Source: an uncultured Dehalococcoidia bacterium
Lineage (GTDB): Bacteria; Chloroflexota; Dehalococcoidia; JACQUA01
DNA length: 29,248 nucleotides
Direction: 5' to 3'
Assembly (NCBI GenBank): GCA_964518085.1
Contig: CAZFEA010000001.1
Location: forward strand, 1-29,248
Below are positions 7,268 through 16,350 of the stretch, piece by piece (the stretch's first letter is position 1; each line of letters begins with the position of its first letter). Position numbers and translations under genes: made by a program. The notes beneath the pieces are model-generated. The model was given only the letters and a program-made list of their open reading frames with translations. It did not search any database and was not told where the DNA came from.

Positions 7268-9370
7268 CTACGACCGCAGAAAGATGACGATATTGCGAAA
7301 TTCATCCATGGTTGCTCGTGTGCCGGGGTTTACCACGACCGTGGTTACGGGTGTCTCGATTATGGCCGGGCCGGGCGCTTCGAATCCGGGTTGCATTCGT
7401 TCGAAATCGTAAATGTCTGTCGGTATAAACCCCCGGTGTTCTTCGAAGTATACCTCTCTACTGCCTTTTCGCGACCGTTCAGCCGGCGCCTTCTTGATGG
7501 CTTCTCTCTTGATATTGGGTTTTCTCAGGCGACCGATGGCGTCAATACGGAAGGTGGTGATCTCTTTTCCTGCCTCGGCATAGCCCGACCCTTTGCCATA
7601 GGACTTTTCATACAGTTCATCGAACAGAGAGTACAGCTTCTCCATGTCCCCCGGACTAATATCAGTCATTCCCGCCGGAAAGGGCACGTTCAACTCGTGG
7701 ACCTGGAACCGGTATCTCATATCTACGCTGCGAACGATTTCGATATCGTCGTTTCCAAACCCCGCGGCATGGAGTTGCTCCAGCGCCTGTGCGCACAGGC
7801 TGGAGAAGTTGGCATTGACGCGGTCAACATCTACCGGGACCATCAGCCTGTCTGACCTGGCAAATTGATGGACTACGTCGGAACTTATCAGCCCCATCGC
7901 CCCCTGGACGGAGGCGGTCATGGGGACGACGATCTTTTTGATCCCGAGTTCCGCCGCGAACCTTCCGGCGTGCACCGGTCCGGCGCCGCCGTAAGCAAAA
8001 AGGGCGAAGTTCCGCGGATCGTTGCCTCTCTCGACCGTGGCGCGGCGCACGAGATCACACATATGAGCATTGGCTATGCGAAAGATGCCGTTGGCGGCCT
8101 CAGTTTCGCCCAGGTTCAGCGGGTGGGCAATCTTCTCTCTAATGGCTTGCAGCGCTGCCTGTTTGTCCAGCCTCATTCGTCCACCCAGGAAATAGTCCTC
8201 GTTGAGATAACCCAGCACCAGGTCGGCGTCAGAGACGGTGGGTTCCGTCCCTCCCATCCCGTAGCAGACCGGTCCCGGTTTCGCCCCGGCGCCTTGAGGT
8301 CCCACTTTCAGCAAGCCTGTCTCGGAATCGATCCAGGCGATGCTTCCCCCGCCGGCTCCAATCGATTCGATCCATATTTTCGGCGACAAAATGTTATAGC
8401 GCAGGATAACCGGTGCATATTCCCTTTCGCACGTGCCATCCCGGATTATGCCAACCTTGAAGGTAGTGCCACCCATATCCGTAGCCAGGATGTTGCGTTC
8501 GCCGCTCAGGTCACCAAGGAACTTGCTGCCCAGCACTCCGGCGGCGGGCCCGGACTCAATGGTACCGATGGCGTTCCGGCTGGTCGCCCGCATGCTCAGG
8601 ACGCCGCCGTAGGCCTGCATTACCATAGGTTCTTCCCGCAACCCCCTGGAGTGCAACGCTTTCAAAAGGTCCTGAAGGTAAGAAGAAATTTCGGGGCCGA
8701 TATAGGCGCTGAAAATGGTGGTGGCAGTGCGCTCATATTCGCCAAGGAGAGGGGCCACCTCGCTCGAAATGGCTACATGCACCGATGGGTGATTCGCTTT
8801 CAGTATGCCGGCCAGCGCCTTTTCGTGGCGGTCATTGGCGAGGGACCATAGGAGGCAGATGGCGACCGAGTCCACCCCCTTTTCGATTAACTCTTTGACA
8901 ACCCGGGCAGCATCCGCCGTGTCGAGGCTAATCAGGACGTCACCCTTGTAGTCGATACGCTCATTCACTTCTGTGATGAGAGGCCTGGTAACCAGGGGTT
9001 CTGGCTTGGTAAGGGCTGACAGGTGAGACGCCTCGGTTTCCGTCAGTCCTTCGGTCACCTTGCTTCGCATTATGAGGATGGTGTCCGCGAAGCCCCTGGT
9101 GGTTATAAGGCCGGTCCTGGCCCCGGAACGCGTTATGAGGATGTTTTCTCCCACCGTGCAGGCATGGAAAAAGTACTTTGTCCGCCGGATGAGCTCATCT
9201 TCGCTGGCCAAACCAAGTTTTTCTGACAGGTCGCGAACCGAGTCGATGACGCCGATAGAGAAGTCGCCGGGCGTGGACAATGCTTTTCCCAGGGACAACC
9301 GGCCGTGTTCATCGACTCCTACACAGTCGGTAAATGTCCCGCCAATGTCCACCCCTATTATGTATTCCAT
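7268..9370 (-). CDS. Hydantoinase A/oxoprolinase (ATP-binding, acetone-carboxylase-beta family) subunit
   Basis: IGVDIGGTFTD, SGPAAG, DMGGTTF, IGAGGGSIAW, GPVCYGMGGTEPTVSDA, GGAGPVH, DMRY. Confidence 0.92.
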   Translation of the reverse strand: MEYIIGVDIGGTFTDCVGVDEHGRLSLGKALSTPGDFSIGVIDSVRDLSEKLGLASEDELIRRTKYFFHACTVGENILITRSGARTGLITTRGFADTILIMRSKVTEGLTETEASHLSALTKPEPLVTRPLITEVNERIDYKGDVLISLDTADAARVVKELIEKGVDSVAICLLWSLANDRHEKALAGILKANHPSVHVAISSEVAPLLGEYERTATTIFSAYIGPEISSYLQDLLKALHSRGLREEPMVMQAYGGVLSMRATSRNAIGTIESGPAAGVLGSKFLGDLSGERNILATDMGGTTFKVGIIRDGTCEREYAPVILRYNILSPKIWIESIGAGGGSIAWIDSETGLLKVGPQGAGAKPGPVCYGMGGTEPTVSDADLVLGYLNEDYFLGGRMRLDKQAALQAIREKIAHPLNLGETEAANGIFRIANAHMCDLVRRATVERGNDPRNFALFAYGGAGPVHAGRFAAELGIKKIVVPMTASVQGAMGLISSDVVHQFARSDRLMVPVDVDRVNANFSSLCAQALEQLHAAGFGNDDIEIVRSVDMRYRFQVHELNVPFPAGMTDISPGDMEKLYSLFDELYEKSYGKGSGYAEAGKEITTFRIDAIGRLRKPNIKREAIKKAPAERSRKGSREVYFEEHRGFIPTDIYDFERMQPGFEAPGPAIIETPVTTVVVNPGTRATMDEFRNIVIFLRS

Positions 9371-9400
9371 GTCGCTGAGGTCCTCGCTCTCTGGTTGGGC

Positions 9401-10570
9401 TTACTTTTGCATCACCGGCCTGAATATTTCTTTAGCTAGCTGGATCAGCTTGGGTCTCTCGATCATTTGCTCTTCACTGTCAGTCGATATCAGTTTGGCC
9501 CCTTCCTGGGGCACGTATGCCGGATCGATTCCTGAAGTGTCTACGTCGGCCCGGGCGCTGGGAGGTCCGTAGTTCTTCTGAAACAGGGCTTGCGTGTCTT
9601 TAGTCAGTAGCCAGTTGACGAACACTATGGCCGCATTGGGGTTGGCAGGCCGGTCGATGAGGGATACCACGCCGCCGCTGTAGGTCAAGCCAATTCCCTC
9701 ATGGGCGGCCTTCCATTTTATGGGAGCCCCGGCCCTCTTGAACTCGTCGAAGGTCTGGACATCCGGAGCAATAGACAAGGGGTATTTGTTTCTGGCCAGC
9801 CACTCAACCTGCTGGCGCTTGTCGGCGATCAGTAGCGGCTCTTGCTTTACAAACTGCTGCAGGTAGTCTTTGCCTCCATCTTGACCAAAAATGGCAAACA
9901 TCAACGCCACCCAATAGCTACCTCCCCCCGATATGGTTGGGTCCATTGTGGTTATCTTGCCTTTCCACTTGGGGTCGAGGAGGTCGCGGTAAGACTTAAT
10001 TTCGGCTTCCTGGACCGCGTCGGAATTCGCAGCCAGAAAACTGGCAGTCCGATGAACGAATGCCAGGGACAGTCCTGTTTGATCGACCAAGGGGAGTTCC
10101 TTGCCGCGCCATTTGGTAGCATCGGTAACCTCCGGCAAGATCAGGGCAGGCTTCAACGGTTGTAACACGCCCTGTGGCTTCATGATCAGCAGCAGTGTCG
10201 AAGTTCCCGCGATCACGGCATCAGCCAGGTATAGCCCGGCCCTTCTTTCGGCCTGGATGCGGGCCATGGACTCCTCACCTCTGCCAACGATAAAATCGAT
10301 ATTGATGCCGAACTGTTGCCTGAACGCTTCTTTTAGAGCCTGAGTGGTCGCCGGGTTGGCCGAGGTGTGGACCACCACCGTACCTTCGGTCCTGGCTTTG
10401 GCGACGGTGCTGTCCCACCGGGCTTGCCACGAGGATTTTTCCGGGCCGGTTTGCGCCGCCGTGGTTGGTTTGGTTGGACCAGGCGACAAAGGAGCCGCCG
10501 GCCCCCCACAGGCAACAGCTATGGTGAGAAGAATACCGGCAAAAGGCAATAATAGATGACTGGCTTTCAT
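9401..10570 (-). CDS. Extracellular solute-binding lipoprotein (Fe3+/thiamine/polyamine-type, COG1840-like), no cognate permease nearby
   Basis: Signal peptide with lipobox IAVAC, Pro/Thr-rich linker, WKGKITTMDP, NPNAAIVFVNWLLTKDTQ. ATGA overlap with the upstream gene. Confidence 0.85.
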   Translation of the reverse strand: MKASHLLLPFAGILLTIAVACGGPAAPLSPGPTKPTTAAQTGPEKSSWQARWDSTVAKARTEGTVVVHTSANPATTQALKEAFRQQFGINIDFIVGRGEESMARIQAERRAGLYLADAVIAGTSTLLLIMKPQGVLQPLKPALILPEVTDATKWRGKELPLVDQTGLSLAFVHRTASFLAANSDAVQEAEIKSYRDLLDPKWKGKITTMDPTISGGGSYWVALMFAIFGQDGGKDYLQQFVKQEPLLIADKRQQVEWLARNKYPLSIAPDVQTFDEFKRAGAPIKWKAAHEGIGLTYSGGVVSLIDRPANPNAAIVFVNWLLTKDTQALFQKNYGPPSARADVDTSGIDPAYVPQEGAKLISTDSEEQMIERPKLIQLAKEIFRPVMQK

Positions 10571-12168
10571 TTGACCTCCATTCTCAATTTGACACAGTCG
10601 ACATTCAAGGGCTTTTCGTCACGGTCCAGTTGTACTCTGGTAGTTTTATAAAACAAAGGGTCTTTGGTCGGGTAGTCTTCACGATAGTGGGGACCCCGGC
10701 TTTCCTTCCGGAATTCAGCGGACCTGAGCAGGGCTTCGGCCAGCAGTAACATGTTCTCCACTTCAATAGCTTCCTTCAAGTCGGGGGTATTATCTGCACT
10801 CAGATTCTTCTTTTCTTCTTTTATCCGCGTCAGCTCATCGATACCGGCGAGCAATGAAGGTCCACTCCTTACCGGGCTCATGCGTTTATTGACCAGCTCG
10901 CGAATCTTCTTTCTTAGCTCCAGCGGCCGCCTTTTTCCGTTCTTCAGCGATATTTCTTGTAGAAACTCCTTTTGCCTGTCAGTCAGCCCGGTTCTCTCTT
11001 GTTCCAACTCCTTGCATGTTTGGGCCGCGTTCTTTCCAGCTTCGATCCCCATGACCAGGCACCTGGTCAAATGGTTTACACTATTCTCCCCGGCGTAGGT
11101 ACCGCTGACCATTTCTCCCGCGGCGAAAAGCCCGCGCAGTTGGGTCTCCCCTGTCTTGTCGGTGGTAACCCCTCCCAGGTATGTGTGCCCGATGGGAATC
11201 ATTTCCACCGGAAATCGCTTCACATCGCGGGGACATTTTGCCAGTTTCATTCTGGTACGAGGGTGCATCTTGGACCAGTCGGCGGACGATATCCCGGTCA
11301 TGTCCAGGAAAACGGGTCCCCCTTCCATCTCCATGATCTTCTCCGACTCTTCAAACTTGAAAGAAGCATAGCGGCATACCTGTTCCCATCTTAGACCTAG
11401 ATACTTTCGCACCAGGTCTTCACCCTTCTTGTTCACCAGACGGACGCCCTTGACCGTTATGATTTCGCTGATTATGTCCCCTTGCCAGGGGAAGGCCACC
11501 CCCACAAAACCGACTTCAAACTGTATGAATTCCATATTGGTTAAGGGTAAGCCTGCTCTCAAAGCCATGGCATATCCGTCGCCGACGAGCGACCTGGGGC
11601 TGGAGGTCTCTTTGAACAGCGATGCCCCTCCGCCCGTCGCCAGAATGGTGCATCCCGCTCTGAGGACCAGGACGTCCCCGTTCTGATCAAGGCCTGCAGC
11701 GCCAATACATTGTCCTTCCCGGACCAGTAAATCTACTATGAGGCAGTTGCCGATGGCGCCAGTCCCCGATTCCTTGAGTTTTTTCCTGAGAGCCTCAACT
11801 ACGGTGACCCCGTCCTCTTCGTCCTCTCTCCTTGGTGTCAAATACCACTCTCCGTAGGCCTCCAGGGGAACGCCGAGGTTTTTGAGCCATAGAATACCCT
11901 CTTTTGCCCGTTCAAGATGCATTTTGACCTGTTGCTCGTCAAAAATGTATCTTTGGGGACTTGAATCGTATCCGGGTAAGTTAAGCTCTTGAGTGGTGTA
12001 TTTGAACCAGGCGCCGGAAAAGTAAGTGGCGCTCTGTTTGCCGATGCCGGCTTTCGATACCAGAAGAACATCACGCCCTTCCTCTCTGGCTCTTATAGCG
12101 GCAGCCAGCCCGGCTATTCCGGAACCGATAACCAGCACGTCCGTGTTTCGTTCTTTGGAATCCAGCAT
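10567..12168 (-). CDS. SdhA/FrdA/NadB-family flavoprotein with a non-canonical active site
   Basis: DVLVIGSGIAG, LATGG, GDGYAMA, NMEFIQF, HTYLGGV, LFAAGE, RKESRGPHYREDYP. ATG12168 preceded by AAGGGA is preferred over the track start at 12210. Confidence 0.85.
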   Translation of the reverse strand: MLDSKERNTDVLVIGSGIAGLAAAIRAREEGRDVLLVSKAGIGKQSATYFSGAWFKYTTQELNLPGYDSSPQRYIFDEQQVKMHLERAKEGILWLKNLGVPLEAYGEWYLTPRREDEEDGVTVVEALRKKLKESGTGAIGNCLIVDLLVREGQCIGAAGLDQNGDVLVLRAGCTILATGGGASLFKETSSPRSLVGDGYAMALRAGLPLTNMEFIQFEVGFVGVAFPWQGDIISEIITVKGVRLVNKKGEDLVRKYLGLRWEQVCRYASFKFEESEKIMEMEGGPVFLDMTGISSADWSKMHPRTRMKLAKCPRDVKRFPVEMIPIGHTYLGGVTTDKTGETQLRGLFAAGEMVSGTYAGENSVNHLTRCLVMGIEAGKNAAQTCKELEQERTGLTDRQKEFLQEISLKNGKRRPLELRKKIRELVNKRMSPVRSGPSLLAGIDELTRIKEEKKNLSADNTPDLKEAIEVENMLLLAEALLRSAEFRKESRGPHYREDYPTKDPLFYKTTRVQLDRDEKPLNVDCVKLRMEVK

Positions 12169-12261
12169 CTGTCTGTTTCCCTTAAAGCAGGTTTGAGAAT
12201 TGTACTGCAATTGCTTATGGAGTGTGACTGTCGGCCAGGATGTTCATGACCTGGTCCGAAC

Positions 12262-12282
12262 GATAATTAACCGGTCATTATC
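12262..12282. promoter_or_regulatory. Palindromic operator candidate GATAATTA-N5-TCATTATC
   Basis: 8-5-8 inverted repeat with one mismatch, in the predicted leader of operon A. Confidence 0.4.
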
Positions 12283-12336
12283 AATAAAGGGAAACTGCCT
12301 GCCTACCCACGCCCTGGGGCGCAACGGCGATAAAGG

Positions 12337-12366
12337 ATAATAGATTATTGGCGCTGTCTGTGTCAA
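12337..12366 (-). promoter_or_regulatory. Sigma70-type promoter for operon A
   Basis: Minus strand TTGACA (12366-12361), 18 nt, TATTAT (12342-12337). Confidence 0.55.
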
Positions 12367-12487
12367 ACAGTTTTTTGTCTCCAGGATTTGTTTTCGTTAG
12401 CCTCTTGACGCCCGTGATATGATTTTCTGATTAGTCTGTCTGGCATGACTCTCGTTCGGTGAGGAACCGGCGCAGCAGAAAGGTACC

Positions 12488-12994
12488 ATGAAGCGGGACA
12501 CCAGTCCACAAACTGTAAAGTTCAGGGTTAACGGAAAGCCGTTTGAGCTTTTGCTCGGCTACCAGGTGACCGAGTGGGACACATTGGCCGAGACCCTGAG
12601 GAAAACCCTGGGGCTTACGGGGACGAAGATTGGCTGCGACAGTGGCGAGTGCGGCGCCTGTACTGTCATCATGAATGGGCAGTCTGTGCTTTCCTGCACC
12701 ACTCTGACGGTGGAATGTGATGGGAAAGATATTACTACCATTGAGGGATTGAGAGACCCGGTAACGGGGAAACTGCATGCCCTTCAGCAGGCATTCATCG
12801 ACCACGATGGAATGCAGTGTGGTTTCTGTACCCCGGGAATGATCATGCAGGCTAAAGTCCTGCTTGATAAGAACCCCAGTCCCACTGAAAAGCAAGTCAA
12901 AGAGGCACTGTCCGGGAACCTGTGCCGCTGCGGCTCTTATCAGAAGATCGTCGGGTCGGTGTTAGCCGCCGCATCCCTGATCAAACGCAATTAA
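12488..12994 (+). CDS. Xanthine dehydrogenase/CoxS-family small subunit (2x[2Fe-2S])
   Basis: GTKIGCDSGECGACTV...SC; QCGFCTPGM; NLCRCGSY. Confidence 0.95.
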   Translation: MKRDTSPQTVKFRVNGKPFELLLGYQVTEWDTLAETLRKTLGLTGTKIGCDSGECGACTVIMNGQSVLSCTTLTVECDGKDITTIEGLRDPVTGKLHALQQAFIDHDGMQCGFCTPGMIMQAKVLLDKNPSPTEKQVKEALSGNLCRCGSYQKIVGSVLAAASLIKRN

Positions 12995-12997
12995 AAG

Positions 12998-15343
12998 ATG
13001 CAAGAGCAACTTTCCTTCATAGGAAAACGTCTGCCCCGGTTTGGCGCTATCGATATCGTCACCGGAAGCGCCCGATTTACCCAGGATGTGTTCCTGCCGG
13101 GAATGCTCCACGGCACTCTGCTGTGCAGCCCGCACCCGCATGCAAAGATTGTTAGTATCGAGACCGGCGAAGCCGAAGCTCTGCCCGGTGTGAGGGCGAT
13201 CATAACCCATAAAGACACGGAGCATTTCCCGGATGCCGCATCCACCCGTGACGTTGAGCCGCTGAGAATTCTAGGCGGCACGCTTTATTTTGTAGGGGAC
13301 TATGTGGCGGCGATAGCGGCCGAAACCGAAGAGATAGCTGAGCAAGCGGCGCAGCTCATACAGGTGCAATACCAGCTACTGCCGTCTATTTTCGATACTG
13401 ATGGGGCGATGAAGCCCGAAGCCGCCGTCCAGTACGGTTGCTGGCCGTGGAACGTATGGAACTCCAGGGAACGCGGCGCACCCTCGCTGGAGATCGACAA
13501 GACAAAGCTGACCGGCGGCAATGTGGAGAAAGGCTTCGAAAATTCACATGCCATCGCAGAGGAGGAAGTTCACACCCAGGTTGGGCTTCATGCCCCGCTC
13601 GAGACAGAGACCATCATCGTGGTATGGGATGCCAATGGCATCTGCAACGTATGGTCCAAGGAAAGTCCCCATCGCCTGGTCGAGTGGTTCTGGCCGATCC
13701 TCTCCAGGGTTTACGGGACGCCCATGAACAAGGTCAGGGCTATCTGCCACCATGCCGGGGGACGCTTTGGAAAGCACGTGGATTTGCGAATCCTGGCAAT
13801 GGCCACGGAGTTGGCCAGGAAGACCGGCAGGCCGGTCCGGTTCTGTAATTTGAGGGATTGGGAATATCACTGGGCTCGAGCCATGACCCACAGCCTGGTA
13901 AGAATGGGCGGCAAACAAGACGGCACAATCACTGCCATCGACATGAAGACCATCACCAACTTCGGCATGGCCCATCGTTCTGCCCGCATTGAGCTGGGGA
14001 ATATCGGGCGAGCCCCGAACTGGACGTGGAAATGTCCTGATACCCGTTATGTGAACTACGGGGTATTCACTAATTCCGTCGGCACCGGCTCATTCCGCGG
14101 CTTTGGGTCAACCCAGGGGCATTATGCAGTCTCCCAGGCGTGCGATGTGCTGATAGAGAAGTTAGGGGTTGATCCTGCCGAGTTTTATTTGAAAAACCAC
14201 TCGGGCGCCGGGGACTGGTGGGAACACCAGAAACAGACGCCGAGCGGACTCGACGAGTGCATCGGTAAGGCCACCGACGCCATAGGCTGGAAGCAGAAGC
14301 GGCACAAGCCCGGGGAGAAGACGCTTTCCGACGGAAGAAAGCACGGGATCGGCATGGCGATTGCTGTCCATAGCGGAGGTGGCTCCACCACCCCCGGGGC
14401 GGCCCTGGTCGAAGTTAATCGGGACGGCTCCGTTCAACTATTTGCTGCCGGTGATGAAACGGGGCAGGGAGTTTACACTGTCGAGGCTGCCATTTGCGCC
14501 GAGGAACTGGGGGTGAGATTTGAAGATGTGAGGGTGGTGCGCGCCGATACCGAGTCGGCGCCGCTGGCATCTTTCTCGGCGCACAGTCAGAATACCTGCA
14601 ACATGGGAGGTGCAGTGCAGCTTGCGGCCAGAGACGCTAAGAAAAAGCTTCTGGCCCTGGCGGCCAGTGAGCTGGGTGTCCAACCGGAAGAACTGCAGGC
14701 GAGGGAAGGATGGGTCTATGTCATCGCCGATCCGGTCAGGCGAATCGAGATCAGCGCGGTCACGGCGAAGTACGTCGGTTCCCGGGCAGTTGTCAATTCG
14801 AAGCCAATTGGATGTCGGATTGATGGGTACGGCTGGTACGCACAGTGGGAGAACGTACCGTGGACGCCAGAGGGGCCGGAAGGTTCGCTGGTACCCAAGA
14901 CCTGGATGTGTCACATAGCAGAGGTAGCTGTGGACACGGAGACCGGAGAAGTGGAGATATTGAAATACGTAAATGCCCAGGATGTTGGCAGGGCCATAAG
15001 CCTCAATACGGCTGAGAATCAATTACTTGGATCAGCCTTGATGGGTATCGGCTATGCGCTCAAAGAGGACTTTGTGCGCGACCCGAAAAATGGACAGGGA
15101 CTCAACCCGGGGTATCTGGACTACAAGATACTGACCCACCTCGACGTGCCTCCCACCACAGCCATCCTTGTCGAGTCTGTCAACCCGAACACCCCGTTCG
15201 GGGCCAAGGGAATTGGCGAGGGGTCCCTGATTCCCGGCGCTCCAGCCGTTGCCCATGCTATTTACAATGCAATCGGTGTGCGCCTGAACAGTTTGCCGAT
15301 GACGCCCGATAAGGTGCTCAGGGCGCTGGGTAAGATTAGCTAA
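12998..15343 (+). CDS. Xanthine dehydrogenase/aldehyde oxidoreductase-family molybdopterin-binding large subunit
   Basis: SPHPHAKI, HAPLE, GGRFG, GSFRGFG, ETGQG, VDTETGEV, Y-K-I, GAKGIGE (catalytic Glu). No AYxCSFR CO dehydrogenase motif. Confidence 0.93.
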   Translation: MQEQLSFIGKRLPRFGAIDIVTGSARFTQDVFLPGMLHGTLLCSPHPHAKIVSIETGEAEALPGVRAIITHKDTEHFPDAASTRDVEPLRILGGTLYFVGDYVAAIAAETEEIAEQAAQLIQVQYQLLPSIFDTDGAMKPEAAVQYGCWPWNVWNSRERGAPSLEIDKTKLTGGNVEKGFENSHAIAEEEVHTQVGLHAPLETETIIVVWDANGICNVWSKESPHRLVEWFWPILSRVYGTPMNKVRAICHHAGGRFGKHVDLRILAMATELARKTGRPVRFCNLRDWEYHWARAMTHSLVRMGGKQDGTITAIDMKTITNFGMAHRSARIELGNIGRAPNWTWKCPDTRYVNYGVFTNSVGTGSFRGFGSTQGHYAVSQACDVLIEKLGVDPAEFYLKNHSGAGDWWEHQKQTPSGLDECIGKATDAIGWKQKRHKPGEKTLSDGRKHGIGMAIAVHSGGGSTTPGAALVEVNRDGSVQLFAAGDETGQGVYTVEAAICAEELGVRFEDVRVVRADTESAPLASFSAHSQNTCNMGGAVQLAARDAKKKLLALAASELGVQPEELQAREGWVYVIADPVRRIEISAVTAKYVGSRAVVNSKPIGCRIDGYGWYAQWENVPWTPEGPEGSLVPKTWMCHIAEVAVDTETGEVEILKYVNAQDVGRAISLNTAENQLLGSALMGIGYALKEDFVRDPKNGQGLNPGYLDYKILTHLDVPPTTAILVESVNPNTPFGAKGIGEGSLIPGAPAVAHAIYNAIGVRLNSLPMTPDKVLRALGKIS

Positions 15344-15344
15344 G

Positions 15345-16328
15345 ATGAGGCCGTTTGAGCACGTCAATGCCCCGACGCTGGAAGATGCGATTGCGGCGGC
15401 GCAGGGGAACTCCAGAATCATTGCCGGCGGCACAGATTGCTTGAGCATCTTGAAAAACGGCCTCCTTCCCGTCTATCCTGAGGTCCTGGTCAATATCAAG
15501 ACCATCCCCGAGCTGGAATATATTCGCCCGGACTCCGACGGGCTCAGGATAGGGTCCATGACCAGGCTTGTCGCTGTGGAAGATTCTTCCGTTATTAAGA
15601 CTGAATACCCGGCCCTGGCCGAGGCGGCGCGGTTGATAGCCTCACCGCAAATACGAAACATGGCTACCGTTGGCGGCAATTTGTGCCAGGAAGTGCGCTG
15701 CTGGTACTACCGGCGTTCCCCGCGCACCGGGAGAGACTATGTGTGCTTTCGGAAGGGGGGAAAGGTATGCTTTGCCGTTGACGGAGACAACCGGTACCAT
15801 GCTATTATCGGAGGCAAACGTTGTTTTGCTGCCTGCCCCTCAGACCTGGCCGTTGTCCTGACAGCCCTGGATGGCAGGATTATCGTTCAAGGGAAGGCCG
15901 GAGAAAAGAGCATTTCCATGTCTGATTTCTACAGCCCCATGGGAAATGTCCTGAGTCCTGATGAGATAATAAAAGAAATTAGAGTTCCCACCCCTCCGAG
16001 GGGGTCCAGGCAGGCTTTCATCAAATTCCGGTTGCGTAAGGCCATCGATTTTGCGGTGGTCAGCGTGGCTTCGGTCGCTGTGATCGACAATGGTGTCTGC
16101 CGCGACGCGAGGATTGCCCTTGGGGCAGTAGCGCCTGGTCCCCTGCGGGCAACCCGAGCGGAAGAAACCATCAGAGGCAAGACCGTAGAAATTGCGACAG
16201 CAGAGGCGGCGGCAACGGCTGCGGTGAAAGGCGCGAAACCGCTGTCTATGAACGCCTATAAAGTCGAGATAGCAAAGGCGCTGGTGAAGAGAGCCTTGCT
16301 CTCAGCAACGTCAGCCGTGACGAAATAA
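15345..16328 (+). CDS. FAD-binding medium subunit with a PaoB/HcrB-type Cys insertion
   Basis: IAGGTD, IRNMATVGGNLCQ, RCWYY...CFRKGGKVC...RCFAACPSD, RKAIDFA, LGAVAP, NAYKV. Confidence 0.9.
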   Translation: MRPFEHVNAPTLEDAIAAAQGNSRIIAGGTDCLSILKNGLLPVYPEVLVNIKTIPELEYIRPDSDGLRIGSMTRLVAVEDSSVIKTEYPALAEAARLIASPQIRNMATVGGNLCQEVRCWYYRRSPRTGRDYVCFRKGGKVCFAVDGDNRYHAIIGGKRCFAACPSDLAVVLTALDGRIIVQGKAGEKSISMSDFYSPMGNVLSPDEIIKEIRVPTPPRGSRQAFIKFRLRKAIDFAVVSVASVAVIDNGVCRDARIALGAVAPGPLRATRAEETIRGKTVEIATAEAAATAAVKGAKPLSMNAYKVEIAKALVKRALLSATSAVTK

Positions 16329-16350
16329 GTGGCTTGCCTGCTTTCAGATG

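Noticed and set aside
5102-9370. Assignment as acetone carboxylase (acxABC) or 5-oxoprolinase
   Set aside because: Family motifs are shared across hydantoinases, oxoprolinases and carboxylases; substrate cannot be assigned without phylogeny.
12405-12433. Plus-strand promoter for the molybdoenzyme (TTGACG at 12405-12410; TGaTATGAT at 12415-12423)
   Set aside because: The -35-like and -10-like elements are only 7 nt apart; an extended -10 alone is possible but too weak to call.
12998-15343. Aerobic CO dehydrogenase large subunit (coxL)
   Set aside because: Neither the form I AYxCSFR nor the form II AYxGAGR loop is present (reads GTGSFRGFG).
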